From a virus (Duplodnaviria > Caudoviricetes), in the IMG/VR virus record IMGVR_UViG_3300020402_000839, positions 1 to 29,506 of that record: 29,506 nt of DNA; one strand, given 5' to 3'. Shown in pieces: positions 7,858 through 17,268 of this stretch. How positions within the stretch are numbered: the first letter of the stretch is position 1; every line of letters starts with the position of its first letter. The position numbers and the translations under genes were made by a program. The notes under the pieces are model-generated. The model did not search any database and was not told where the DNA came from. It saw only the letters and a list, made by a program, of their open reading frames with translations.

Positions 7858-8154
7858 TTAATCGACTTTACTTACTCGCGCTACATCGCAATGCTTTGCG
7901 TAGAATTCATCGTCCCAAACTGCATATGGCACAAAAGAAATTTCGTATTCGGTCACTGGCTTTGACTTACCGCCAAAAACGTTTTCAATGATTTGCACTG
8001 TGTAGGCTTCATAGCCGCTCTCACATATGCCCTTCTTGATAACGTGACCAATAAGATAGCTATCTGCGCGGTCAGGTGTAGGTGCGAAATGGTAGGCTTT
8101 GATTACATCACCAACATTGGCTACGTTGCTATGATTGATTTCTGTGTATGACAT
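7858..8154 (-). CDS. Hypothetical phage protein
   Basis: AAGGGAG RBS; 98-aa ORF; no family recognised. Confidence 0.75.
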   Translation of the reverse strand: MSYTEINHSNVANVGDVIKAYHFAPTPDRADSYLIGHVIKKGICESGYEAYTVQIIENVFGGKSKPVTEYEISFVPYAVWDDEFYAKHCDVARVSKVD

Positions 8155-8194
8155 TTTTGGCTCCCTTTTTTGTCATCCGTTGTTTCTACAGATA

Positions 8195-8223
8195 TATATA
8201 ATATCTCGGGATACGTTTTGCAA
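8195..8223 (-). promoter_or_regulatory. Candidate sigma70 promoter for the operon leading to int
   Basis: Minus strand TTGCAA-N17-TATATA about 40 nt upstream of the start at 8154. Confidence 0.5.
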
Positions 8224-8229
8224 GGGGTC

Positions 8230-8600
8230 GTGACACATTTCTGTACAAATTTTCCAAATAATTGAGAATTCATGAGAAACCATGAGAATGTATGATAATA
8301 CTACCGGTGCATAATTATGCAATAGTATCAATAGCTTAAGAATCCATGAGAGTATATGAGAATATATGAGAGTGTTTTAGATACAGCTAATGTAGGCGTA
8401 CATCATGCCTACGTCTATAGGCATAAAGTGTTTATTATCAGATACTTAAAGGGTATTTTTTGGATAGCTTGCCATTTGTCTGTACAAATTACTTATCCCG
8501 GCTATTCCAGAGCTCAAATAACTGAGTTATTTGTTTTTTCATATGTTGGATATCAACGCTTTGCCTAATTATGCTGTATACGATTCCCCCGATAACAGCA
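8230..8600. other. Candidate attP region
   Basis: AT-rich non-coding spacer between the int operon and the lysis genes; direct repeat TCTGTACAAATT (8240, 8479); IHF-consensus WATCAANNNNTTR matches (8326-8338, 8551-8563); inverted repeat GTAGGC-N9-GCCTAC (8392-8412). Confidence 0.55.
8261..8374 (+). repeat. Two arrays of 10-bp-phased YATGAGA repeats
   Basis: ATTGAGAATT CATGAGAAAC CATGAGAATG TATGATAATA (8261-8300) and CATGAGAGTA TATGAGAATA TATGAGAGTG (8345-8374); palindrome TGCATAATTATGCA (8308-8321) lies between them. Confidence 0.85.
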
Positions 8601-8651
8601 AAAGCGCCGAGTCCTAGGTTAAAAAGATCGACCCAAGAAACTCCTTCCATG

Positions 8652-9065
8652 TCACCCTCCCCGGATAAGGTCTGCGTTTCTTTCTGCTCTCCCTTTCACT
8701 TGTTTGGCGTATAAACTATCCATCAAATCGAATGCAGCCGCATCGTATGAACCTGCTTCCATGTTCGCCAAAAAGTTAACAAACTTGTCCAGCCGGTTCC
8801 CCAGATTAAATGACAGGTCGATCATAACGTGCTGTCGGTTCTCAGACAGATCTCGCCACCAAGGATATTTGCTATCTAGCCGATCACGCACTCTTCCAAT
8901 GTCATTTTCTAACAAATAGCGTGCTTCTTCCTCAGTGATGCCGCCCATACCTTCTTCAATCAATCGACCCACCCCAATAGTCGAATAACCGAGGTGGTCT
9001 TTATATGCGTGTAATACCATACCCTCATTTGCAATGAGCATATCGATCACTGTGTTCATGTTCAT
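8652..9065 (-). CDS. Endolysin, T4-lysozyme-like (GH24)
   Basis: NEGMVLHAYKDHLGYSTIGVGR carries the E-x8-D-x5-T triad; RQHVMIDLSFNLG; SLYAKQVKGRA. Confidence 0.92.
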   Translation of the reverse strand: MNMNTVIDMLIANEGMVLHAYKDHLGYSTIGVGRLIEEGMGGITEEEARYLLENDIGRVRDRLDSKYPWWRDLSENRQHVMIDLSFNLGNRLDKFVNFLANMEAGSYDAAAFDLMDSLYAKQVKGRAERNADLIRGG

Positions 9066-9463
9066 TTACTTATGCCTTTATATTTCTCAAAGCTTCTTAA
9101 ACCACCGAGCCCTAACATACCCATCAGCACTGGCATCATTTCGCCAAGGTCTAATGCCGGCAGTGCTACTAGGTAATCCAGCTGCGCGAGCACAAAAATC
9201 ATTATTGGATGGATCACATAATTGTAGGCCATTGCGACACCGCAGGTCCATCCAATGAACGGTCGCCAACCAGCGACAAAAATGTTTCTACTTTGAGCCT
9301 CGGCCTTATTAATCTCTAGCTGCCCCTTAGCGAGCTCCTGGGCGTGTCGCTCAGCCATTGTAGATATTTCATGAGCCAGCTTGTTCTTTTGATCTTTGTC
9401 TTCAATAAATTTATCGAGCAGCCCGGTGACAGGCTGCACTAAACTCCCGAGCAGATTAATCAC
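9062..9463 (-). CDS. Holin (3TM / GTA-release holin family)
   Basis: LLDKFIEDKD...QLEINKAEA...WRPFIGW...GMLGLGGLRSFEK; directly upstream of the endolysin. Confidence 0.88.
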   Translation of the reverse strand: MINLLGSLVQPVTGLLDKFIEDKDQKNKLAHEISTMAERHAQELAKGQLEINKAEAQSRNIFVAGWRPFIGWTCGVAMAYNYVIHPIMIFVLAQLDYLVALPALDLGEMMPVLMGMLGLGGLRSFEKYKGISK

Positions 9464-9726
9464 TTCTTATTGGCCCAGGTTGTGAACCCCATATAGGCTC
9501 CACATAGGGAACTTAGGGCGAAGTACATTGAAGATATCAATCCGCTAAGTGCTTTAATTCTATCGTCGCCAATAATTGGCGTACACATAACTATTGTAAT
9601 ACCAACCATCAAAACAAATGCAGATATCGCCATATAGCGTTGGGTCTCTTGCTTGTCGTGCGCATCGCTCGCCTGTTCTTCCTCGATGGATATTTTTCCA
9701 TCGCCGTCATAGTCTGTAGGGTTCAT
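9460..9726 (-). CDS. Two-TM membrane protein with EF-hand-like N-terminus
   Basis: DYDGDGKISIEE followed by two hydrophobic segments; lies in the lysis cassette. Confidence 0.75.
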   Translation of the reverse strand: MNPTDYDGDGKISIEEEQASDAHDKQETQRYMAISAFVLMVGITIVMCTPIIGDDRIKALSGLISSMYFALSSLCGAYMGFTTWANKK

Positions 9727-9727
9727 A

Positions 9728-9853
9728 TTAACCAGCCACCGCTATGATACCGACCATAACACAAAACAAAGACGCCATAGCTATGGCTACTTGCCATTTT
9801 AATGCAAGAGCTGAGAACCATGCATCAATCTTGCTCAAAATCTTCATTACCAT
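9728..9853 (-). CDS. 41-aa membrane peptide
   Basis: AGGAAAG RBS; MVMKILSKIDAWFSALALKWQVAIAMASLFCVMVGIIAVAG*; fills the gap exactly. Confidence 0.6.
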   Translation of the reverse strand: MVMKILSKIDAWFSALALKWQVAIAMASLFCVMVGIIAVAG

Positions 9854-10178
9854 CTTCTTTCCTTTCTTTTTTACTAGGGCGCACTCTTTCCTCTCCCTCA
9901 GGCACTAGCGTACAATTACCATCAGGATCTACCGCAAGAACACGAACACCCATCCATCGTTGTTCATTGCTCAAGGCTGCATATGATCTTTGTGTCTTGA
10001 TTTTTACGTCCACCAGCAAAACGATAGGGCGATTTTTCCCTCGCGATTTTACGGCCACTATATCGACCGGGCCATGTCCACTCACATTCGTTAACACGGT
10101 ATAATTTCGTGCAATAAAATATTTAACCGCACAAGCTTCTGCCCATGCAGCCGTTTGCAAATGATTGTCGCGAGTCAA
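9825..10178 (-). CDS. PD-(D/E)xK endonuclease-like protein
   Basis: AEACAVKYF...GHGPVDIVAVK...LLVDVK. Confidence 0.75.
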   Translation of the reverse strand: MTRDNHLQTAAWAEACAVKYFIARNYTVLTNVSGHGPVDIVAVKSRGKNRPIVLLVDVKIKTQRSYAALSNEQRWMGVRVLAVDPDGNCTLVPEGEERVRPSKKERKEDGNEDFEQD

Positions 10179-10387
10179 TGCAACTTATCCCAAACATACG
10201 CAGCTGCAGCTGCTACGGCTGACAGTACGGACCCCACCGTAATAAGTATGCGGATGCTCGATTTGCCGTAAGCAGAGTACTCAAGGAGACGATCTAACTT
10301 TAATTCAATAACCGCCAACCGTCGCTCTTGATCTGTGTTTCGTTGTTCCAGAGCAGCGATACGCTCATTGATATCAGCTTCCGACAC
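10175..10387 (-). CDS. Coiled-coil plus C-terminal TM protein (XhlA-like lysis accessory)
   Basis: GAGGAG RBS and GTG at 10387; ERIAALEQR...RLAVIELKLDRLLE then ILITVGSVLSAVAAAAAYVW. Confidence 0.7.
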   Translation of the reverse strand: MSEADINERIAALEQRNTDQERRLAVIELKLDRLLEYSAYGKSSIRILITVGSVLSAVAAAAAYVWDKLH

Positions 10388-10694
10388 CGGGTTTCTCCTC
10401 AGTTGATCCGCTTGATCCAAAATCAACAATACATCCCATTGGTGGCAACTCGGGCTTAATGACATAGGCCGTCCATCTTTCGGTATCTTTGTCTAATGTG
10501 ATGACAGTAACGTGTCCTAGTCGGCCAATACCTTTGAATACTGTCTTTTCATTGAACGTGTCGTGCAGGCGATCCATCAACTGTTGAGCTGGGTAACAGT
10601 GGGTGACTTGTGCAAATGCTGAGCTTGAGAACCACATAATTACAACAAACGCGAACAACAGCATCATCGCAAATGGTGGGCGATTGTTTGTCAT
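10374..10694 (-). CDS. Secreted/periplasmic hypothetical protein
   Basis: GAGG RBS and ATG 10694; signal peptide ending SSSAFA; two cysteines. Confidence 0.7.
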   Translation of the reverse strand: MTNNRPPFAMMLLFAFVVIMWFSSSAFAQVTHCYPAQQLMDRLHDTFNEKTVFKGIGRLGHVTVITLDKDTERWTAYVIKPELPPMGCIVDFGSSGSTEEKPGVGS

Positions 10695-10796
10695 TTGCAA
10701 AACCTCTACACAATTGCTATATATACAGGACGGCATTTGAACCTAGCTTGTGCGCCGTGGCATCCCGCCAAAAGCACTAAAGAAGGAGTGTTCATT

Positions 10797-11039
10797 ATGA
10801 AACACCAAAAAGCGAAAATTCGCGCCCTCACGAAATACAATAAACCTGTCGAAGACGCTTACTTTGCTAAGATAGAATTTACCGATCCAGACACTGGCGA
10901 AGCTTTATACGGAAATTTTAAGCTATGGCGCTGGTATAAACCGCCGCAGCATATACTTGACGATATTAATCAACGCCTCAAGTGTCCGATCCAGAATGTT
11001 GCCGGTAAAGTTGACCGCCAAGGCCGAGGACAAAAATAG
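10797..11039 (+). CDS. Hypothetical protein on the strand opposite the late operon
   Basis: AAGGAG RBS and ATG 10797; 80 aa; occupies an otherwise empty gap. Confidence 0.6.
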   Translation: MKHQKAKIRALTKYNKPVEDAYFAKIEFTDPDTGEALYGNFKLWRWYKPPQHILDDINQRLKCPIQNVAGKVDRQGRGQK

Positions 11040-13584
11040 CCGGTAATAATTCCTTAGTACCAACCGCTGCTCTTAACCCTTTGAGACCTTTCTCGCTAAC
11101 AATGCGTAACAAGTTTTGATGATCTTCTCTCAAAGTAAATTTGTTTTTAGCAGCGGTTTTTTTATTTAAATCTAATAAATCTTTTGCAGCTAAGCGTACC
11201 TCTTTATTGTCAAGCTTGTTAAAATCTTTGCTCGACAATTTGTTGAGATAGTTCATCATCTTGCGTACAACCGCCTGACTGCCCACGCCTGCTTTAAACT
11301 CATCTGTGTAATCAATGTAATTACCACCAACTTTTTCAACTGTTACTGGGCTGCGCGGTTGCTTTTGATCAGCTTGCAGTAGACCGACTACGCTCTCTTC
11401 TGTAGCTTCGTCCAATGGCGTTATCGTTGGCGAGTCAAAATCTAATAAACCGACACCTTTCCCTGTATCGACCGCGACTGTATTATCAGGAAGCAATGAC
11501 GCAACTTCTTGCATCGATGCGGTAGTAGCAGCCTTGTCGCGAGGAACAACGATTTCACCTTCTCCAATTTTCGCGCTCAATGCGGTATAGGGTGTACCCT
11601 CTTGCGCTAGGAGACCACCACGCAAACCGGCAGCTGCATCCAGCTTCGCACTGTCTTTAGCACCCAATGTCCCCGATTTAGTCAGGTTGGCAATTGTTGG
11701 CGCATTAGCTAGTGGGTTAAATTGTGGCACATTAGTATCGTCAACATACATACCAGTGCCGCGCACCGTTCTAGCCGTATCTAAACCGAGCCCCTTGTTT
11801 AAAACATCTACTCCCCTAGGGTCGGTCATTGCCTTGAACGCTTGTTGGGAATAATTTTTGCGGATGTTTTCTGGCGCATCTGCCATCCCGCCAAGCACCC
11901 CAGTAGATCTGCCAGGCACTGCTTCAAATATATTGTTAACGACTGCCTCGTAATCTTTCATCGTAAGCGTCTTAACTGTACTGTCAGCGTTCCTTATTTG
12001 CGCCAGCTCCTGTAGACGCTGAGCTGCTTTCAATGCAGCGTTTCTTTCAGCCTTCGTTAAAGGTTGATCAGGTGGAAAATTAAACTCTTTTAATTTGCTG
12101 ACCTTATCTCCATAACCAGCCTCTGACAAAACGCCCCTGTACTCAGGCATCTGGAATAGCGTTGCAAAATCCGGGGTCGCCAAAATATCCTTACGTGTGA
12201 GCTTGTCTACCATCTCAGTAACCGGGATGCCTCTGCTCTTCGCGCCCTCTAATAATGCCATACCAGCGGTCCAGGCTGTCTCTTGCATCTCTCTCGGCGT
12301 TAGCCCTATAGAGTTACCCACCTGTCTGCCATACGCAGAAACAACATGGTACGCAGGTGGTCCTTTGCCGCCGCCTTGGAATAAACTTTGTTCAATGCCT
12401 GATATATTTGCCATCCAAGCATCGTTTGTATAACGATAAACATCGTCTGACAGATTAGCCATAAAACTATCGACCTTTGCGCCAGATAATCTTATGTCAC
12501 TAGGATCGACAGTAGACAGTGCGGTAACCGTATTGTTTTCCCATGCGCCTAATATTGAGTCGCGTCCTTTTTCTCCCTGCACGCTGTCACCCATAACGTC
12601 GAGAATTTTTTCTCTGCTAGTTGGTCTACCGGCAGCGGTCCAGTTTTTCCAAATATTAAGCGAATTAATCAAATTAGATTCTACGGATGTTTGCGGTGAC
12701 GTTGCAGCTAACAAAGCAGCAAACCTTGGCGCATCGTCGCCAAATACATCAACAAGCGCTTGAGTAGATGCGCGATACCATCCTCGTTTAGCACCGCCTA
12801 TTTTGCCAAGTGCTGTCATTTCTTTGGCTGGCGGTAAAACATCTAACAATCGTTCAGCTGCTTCGATGTTTTTCTGTGACCCTATTAATTGTGTAACCTC
12901 GCCAGGCAACATAAATCGACTGGCTTTATAAACAGATGGGTGTGTGGTTTTTAGTGCATTTATTTTTTCTAGTTGTTTCGGTGATAACTCTGCTCGCTGC
13001 ATAGCAACCAGCTCTTTATCCGTTCGGCCCCGAATAGGTTTTTGACCAGAGACAAGATCGCCTACCGGGTCGCCCATTTGTATGTCACTGAACCCGGGTT
13101 GCGGCTCGACTGCAGACGGCTGTACAGGGCCGGGAGCTGTTGGATTATCAACAAAAGACTCAGATTTTAAAATTTTGTTTGTGTCAGGTGTTTTACCACC
13201 GCCAGTCACACCTCGGGATATGTTCTTTGTCGCACGCAAAGGATTTGACATCATTTTAATCATCGTGCCTGCAGCCATTAAAGGCGGGAACATTTGCGCA
13301 ACATCGCCAACCGTACCTATACCCTGACCCAATGCATAAGCATAATCTTGGTTCCGAATGCTATCTAACAATGACGGCATAAACGGACCACCAGTGTAGC
13401 CCGGACCGGCTGGGTATTTCCCTATTGCGTCTGTAATGCCTGAGCCGGGCAAAAGATAACCTGCCATGTGAGCAGCGTGACCGGGTACGTTAACGCCGAG
13501 CAGTTGTTGGTTCACGCTAATCATATCTGGCCGGGTTCCGAGCAGACCTACTGGCGCTAATCCGTATTCGTCTCTGAATGTCAT
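10978..13584 (-). CDS. Large internal virion/ejection protein with an embedded enzyme-like domain
   Basis: 868 aa; last of four large helical proteins after the tail genes; central GWY...AATSPQ...KVDSF...NL...TNDAWM...Q..AW block. Confidence 0.65.
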   Translation of the reverse strand: MTFRDEYGLAPVGLLGTRPDMISVNQQLLGVNVPGHAAHMAGYLLPGSGITDAIGKYPAGPGYTGGPFMPSLLDSIRNQDYAYALGQGIGTVGDVAQMFPPLMAAGTMIKMMSNPLRATKNISRGVTGGGKTPDTNKILKSESFVDNPTAPGPVQPSAVEPQPGFSDIQMGDPVGDLVSGQKPIRGRTDKELVAMQRAELSPKQLEKINALKTTHPSVYKASRFMLPGEVTQLIGSQKNIEAAERLLDVLPPAKEMTALGKIGGAKRGWYRASTQALVDVFGDDAPRFAALLAATSPQTSVESNLINSLNIWKNWTAAGRPTSREKILDVMGDSVQGEKGRDSILGAWENNTVTALSTVDPSDIRLSGAKVDSFMANLSDDVYRYTNDAWMANISGIEQSLFQGGGKGPPAYHVVSAYGRQVGNSIGLTPREMQETAWTAGMALLEGAKSRGIPVTEMVDKLTRKDILATPDFATLFQMPEYRGVLSEAGYGDKVSKLKEFNFPPDQPLTKAERNAALKAAQRLQELAQIRNADSTVKTLTMKDYEAVVNNIFEAVPGRSTGVLGGMADAPENIRKNYSQQAFKAMTDPRGVDVLNKGLGLDTARTVRGTGMYVDDTNVPQFNPLANAPTIANLTKSGTLGAKDSAKLDAAAGLRGGLLAQEGTPYTALSAKIGEGEIVVPRDKAATTASMQEVASLLPDNTVAVDTGKGVGLLDFDSPTITPLDEATEESVVGLLQADQKQPRSPVTVEKVGGNYIDYTDEFKAGVGSQAVVRKMMNYLNKLSSKDFNKLDNKEVRLAAKDLLDLNKKTAAKNKFTLREDHQNLLRIVSEKGLKGLRAAVGTKELLPAIFVLGLGGQLYRQHSGSDT

Positions 13585-13588
13585 TACA

Positions 13589-15874
13589 TCACCTTGCTAT
13601 TGGCGGCTCAGCCCGATTACTCTCTGCACTACTTCCACCGCCGCCAAGAGCAGCTGGAACGAGTGGGAGACGGCCTCGAGGATCTCTTGGATTTAACATT
13701 CGTCTAGCCTGCCTAGCGCCAACAACTTTTTCGGCTGCGTCTAAGCCAACTCTTGTTGCTACCCCGGCTCCTAGTCCTTGCGTAAAACCGATCACTGTAA
13801 AATATTGTTTTGCAAAATCCCTAATGGCTGTGCTCATACCGGCAGTTGTTCCAGAAGGGTTAGTTGTCGGCCTTATCGCACGTTCTGCAAGACCGGCAAA
13901 CCTGCGCATCTTTGCTAGCTCGTCAGGTGTGTACAATAGTTTAAGTGCCGTTAAATTTTCTTTCAGCGCTTTTTGGAACGCTGTAACAAACTTTTGTGGA
14001 CTCATTCTTCTGTTGCCGCCCTGCACACTGTCAGTAACTGCCTTATCAACAATCGTGGTCCAGCCCATCTCGCGAACCTCTGCCATGCCTTGATCGCCAA
14101 GTGCTTCTTGCAGCTTAGCTATAACTCTAGAAGAGTTACTTGGGTATATTCTCGTTAGTCCAAATAATCCTTTTGCAACTTCCTCAGGCGTGGTTCTAGG
14201 GTCGAGCAATTTTTGTATAAATTTTCCACCTGCATCACCACTGCTAGTAACGCCAAACTTTTGGCGATAGTTGGCCCACAGACCTCTAGCACGTTTGAGC
14301 TGGTTGATGACCTCTGTATCACCTTCGACCATAGACTTTTCGATTGCGCTATCCATCCAGCTGTCAAAATCGTTTCTTAACGAAATTAGCATGGTTTGTT
14401 CTTGCCCGGTTGCGCCATCAATCTGCTTGTTCATAATTCGTCTAAACCGTTCGAGCTCTGGCAAGAAGAACGGAGTTTTTCTGCGCTCAACAATTTTTGG
14501 CGAAAATCTCTTTAACGCATTAATTAAGTTAGCGACCCTTGGTTGTAACTTAGGGTCATAACTAAAACTAAACTCTTCGCGGAAATTATTAACCATTTGA
14601 TTCCGCATATCGATAACAGACTGCCCTTGAAACGTAGGTTGATCAGCTATTTTCACTTGTTCAAAAGCATCACTTCCTTCTTTCCTTGCAGCCTCTGCCG
14701 CTTGTTGCACCCTTGTCTGTAATGCTTCAGCTGCACCCCTTGTGCCACCCATCCTAGATTCAATATTTAATTCGTCAGCTATATCGTCAGCTGCCCTTGC
14801 TAAATTTTGTTGTTGCGTTTCATCAGCTGCCAGCATTGCTCGTTGTGCATCGTCAGTGCTTGCACCTTGCATCGCCAAGCTTTCGCGCCTCAACTGAGCT
14901 GGGTCTTGTGTTCTCTGACCTCTTGATAATGGCACGTTGAATTCACCTGCTTGCGTCATGCCAGCTGCAACACTTGGCGCTTCTTGGCTATAACGGTCTG
15001 AAGCATAGCGTAAGTTAGCTCCAAAAATTTGCGCCTCAGCTGCGCCTAAATCATCCGGGTTCAAGTTAGCCTGACGAGCTGCAGCCTCACCCTCAGGAGT
15101 CAGCCTACCATTACGGTAAAATCTTCGATTACCAAACAAAGCACGCCAGCCTCTTAATACAACTGGTGCAAGTACTTCGCCAAACATACCGCCAAGACCT
15201 GCCATGCCTGCTCGACCAATATCGACGCCTTGATCGCTTCCAAGTTGTCCAGCTGCTACATCTTGCGCAACTGACGTTCCAGCAAATAACGGTATCGATA
15301 TGCCTGCTCTCGCAAACAAGCCTGCAAACGTAGAGGCTATTTTGGCGGCAGGGTAAAATTGAGCAAGGTCAGCTACAAACTTTGCAGCGTCTGAAGATGA
15401 CGCCCCGGGTCGGTTGATGTAGTATTTATTGTTATTCCATTCAATGACCGGGTTGTTAAATTTATCGACGCTTACTTTTGCGCCGGGTAATGTTTTTTCT
15501 GCAACATCTGCAATGGCAAACGGATCTGGAGTCAAAGCATATGCGCCAGCTATTCTTGCTGACTGACCAAGCGTTGTTCCTTCTAAGTTGTCGCCTAGCT
15601 CACCTGACTCAGCAATCGCTGGGTCGTAACGTCCTTCGCCTGTAAACGATTTTTCAATGAACTCAGCTGCATCGCCAACCATACCTCTAAGATCTCTTGC
15701 GCCTTTTTCCAATGACGATAGGCCGCTATCAGTAAATCTCTCTAGACCACCTTTTCTCTTTGCTTCTATTTGTGCAATTATCTTCGGGTCTGTTACAGCC
15801 GTCCTCGTTTGACCACCGCCAGTTCGAGCTGCTTCTAATTTTTTCAGTAGTTCTGGGTCGGTCACTTCTTGCAT
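13589..15874 (-). CDS. Internal virion / DNA ejection protein
   Basis: 761 aa, Ala/Gly-rich and helical; EVTDPELL N-terminal motif, VPLSRGQRTQD, NPSGT; position typical of P22-type ejection genes. Confidence 0.7.
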   Translation of the reverse strand: MQEVTDPELLKKLEAARTGGGQTRTAVTDPKIIAQIEAKRKGGLERFTDSGLSSLEKGARDLRGMVGDAAEFIEKSFTGEGRYDPAIAESGELGDNLEGTTLGQSARIAGAYALTPDPFAIADVAEKTLPGAKVSVDKFNNPVIEWNNNKYYINRPGASSSDAAKFVADLAQFYPAAKIASTFAGLFARAGISIPLFAGTSVAQDVAAGQLGSDQGVDIGRAGMAGLGGMFGEVLAPVVLRGWRALFGNRRFYRNGRLTPEGEAAARQANLNPDDLGAAEAQIFGANLRYASDRYSQEAPSVAAGMTQAGEFNVPLSRGQRTQDPAQLRRESLAMQGASTDDAQRAMLAADETQQQNLARAADDIADELNIESRMGGTRGAAEALQTRVQQAAEAARKEGSDAFEQVKIADQPTFQGQSVIDMRNQMVNNFREEFSFSYDPKLQPRVANLINALKRFSPKIVERRKTPFFLPELERFRRIMNKQIDGATGQEQTMLISLRNDFDSWMDSAIEKSMVEGDTEVINQLKRARGLWANYRQKFGVTSSGDAGGKFIQKLLDPRTTPEEVAKGLFGLTRIYPSNSSRVIAKLQEALGDQGMAEVREMGWTTIVDKAVTDSVQGGNRRMSPQKFVTAFQKALKENLTALKLLYTPDELAKMRRFAGLAERAIRPTTNPSGTTAGMSTAIRDFAKQYFTVIGFTQGLGAGVATRVGLDAAEKVVGARQARRMLNPRDPRGRLPLVPAALGGGGSSAESNRAEPPIAR

Positions 15875-17268
15875 TAGTTTTCACCCATAGGATAATATTT
15901 GCCGCCAATAACTTGATAGGTTTTTTGGTTGTCACCCTCTCCAATGGTTACTTGCTCAAATTGCATGTCAGTTGGAGTTGCTCGAGATGCTGCATCTATT
16001 TCTTTTCTAATGTCGTCGCTAATTACATTGCCCATCTTGTCTATCTGTTGCTTATAAAAATCATCAAAAGTTTGACCAGCTGCATTTCTTGTTTCTGGCG
16101 AAGGTGGTTTTCCTTCTATAAATCTTTTCTGTTGCCAATCAGCTAGCATTTTTTCTTTAAGCATAGCTCTTTTAGCGATAGCATCTTTTATTTTTACAAT
16201 GGCTCTTATGCCACCCGGGGTCATTGCTAATGTTGGCACATTTCTTTCGACGTATGCTCGCTCACCCTCTGAAATAGCACCGGTAAAGTTCTGCAATGCA
16301 TCGAAAACAAACCCAGCTGCAATATTCGCAAATGTTTCGCCTTTAGCAATCTGGCTCATGTCCATAATGCCAAGCTTATCTAACAATGATTTTGGCGCAC
16401 CGATTAGGTCGGCAAATTTGCCTATAGTCATATTAGTTTGAGCCAGCATTCCGGGTGTAAAACCCTTATCTAGAAGGTTTATTATTCTTCTATTGTTAGA
16501 AAGTGTTTTTCTAGCGGCGTTACCACCTTGTCTAGTTTCTACTATATATTTACTTCCAACTCCCCCCATATCCTTGTCAAATTGTGTTTCATATGGTCTA
16601 GGTGGAGCAGGGGGTCTGCTTTCTTTCCTTAACGCGACCCGGCGCTCATACGTTGGCATATACTGTATTTTTGATTCGCCAAACTCGTTCATAGAAAGTC
16701 GGTAATCTCTTGGATCAATACCTTGCTCTCTATAGTCGAGAGGGCCAGCCGGTTTAAATCGTTGTTTGCCCTCATATTCAAGTTGCATCCTTTTCAGTTT
16801 TTCCGCTTGTCCTAATTGTCGTTCGCGAAAATCATTCATAAACTGATTCTGTTCCTGTCTTGCCAACAAGTTGACCATGTCCATTCCTTGCTTGGCTACT
16901 GTTGTGCCGGGATGTTGTGCAAGAACACGTTGCAACATTGTCGAAGTTACTTGTGGAGGAGATGGGTTTACGCCATCAAAATCTAATTCACTCATTTGTG
17001 GTTCGTATAATGCGGATACAGCATCCTTAGCCGCACTCTCTTTTTTCATCTGACCAATGTCGCCAAGTGCCTTGCCTAGTGCGCTGAGCCCCTGACCCAT
17101 GCCTCTACTAGGCGGCTGGACAATCGGTCTAGGCGCAGCAATTCGAGCAGCCTGACCCCTTGGTGCAGCCTGAGCCAGCTCGCGCATCTTCCGAGCTCGC
17201 AACGACTCTTGTTGTTGCAGCTGAGCGTTTGCTACGAGATTTTGGAGTAGTGATTGTGGTACAGCCAT
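15874..17268 (-). CDS. Internal virion / DNA ejection protein
   Basis: 464 aa; Q/A-rich N-terminus; FTGAISEGERAY...PTL motif; coupled to its neighbours. Confidence 0.7.
   Translation of the reverse strand: MAVPQSLLQNLVANAQLQQQESLRARKMRELAQAAPRGQAARIAAPRPIVQPPSRGMGQGLSALGKALGDIGQMKKESAAKDAVSALYEPQMSELDFDGVNPSPPQVTSTMLQRVLAQHPGTTVAKQGMDMVNLLARQEQNQFMNDFRERQLGQAEKLKRMQLEYEGKQRFKPAGPLDYREQGIDPRDYRLSMNEFGESKIQYMPTYERRVALRKESRPPAPPRPYETQFDKDMGGVGSKYIVETRQGGNAARKTLSNNRRIINLLDKGFTPGMLAQTNMTIGKFADLIGAPKSLLDKLGIMDMSQIAKGETFANIAAGFVFDALQNFTGAISEGERAYVERNVPTLAMTPGGIRAIVKIKDAIAKRAMLKEKMLADWQQKRFIEGKPPSPETRNAAGQTFDDFYKQQIDKMGNVISDDIRKEIDAASRATPTDMQFEQVTIGEGDNQKTYQVIGGKYYPMGEN

Noticed and set aside
8261-8374. 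Possible CRISPR or mini-array
   Set aside because: Units are 10 bp and contiguous with no unique spacers. The Cas4-like nuclease at 3915 sits with an SSB and is better explained as a recombination exonuclease.
8398-8409. attP core matching the groEL 3' end (GGCATGATGTA on the minus strand)
   Set aside because: Only about 11 nt, with no stop codon or GGM repeats; not distinguishable from chance without a search.
8356-8568. 70-aa + strand ORF in the attP-like spacer
   Set aside because: Starts inside the repeat array, has no RBS and overlaps putative binding sites.
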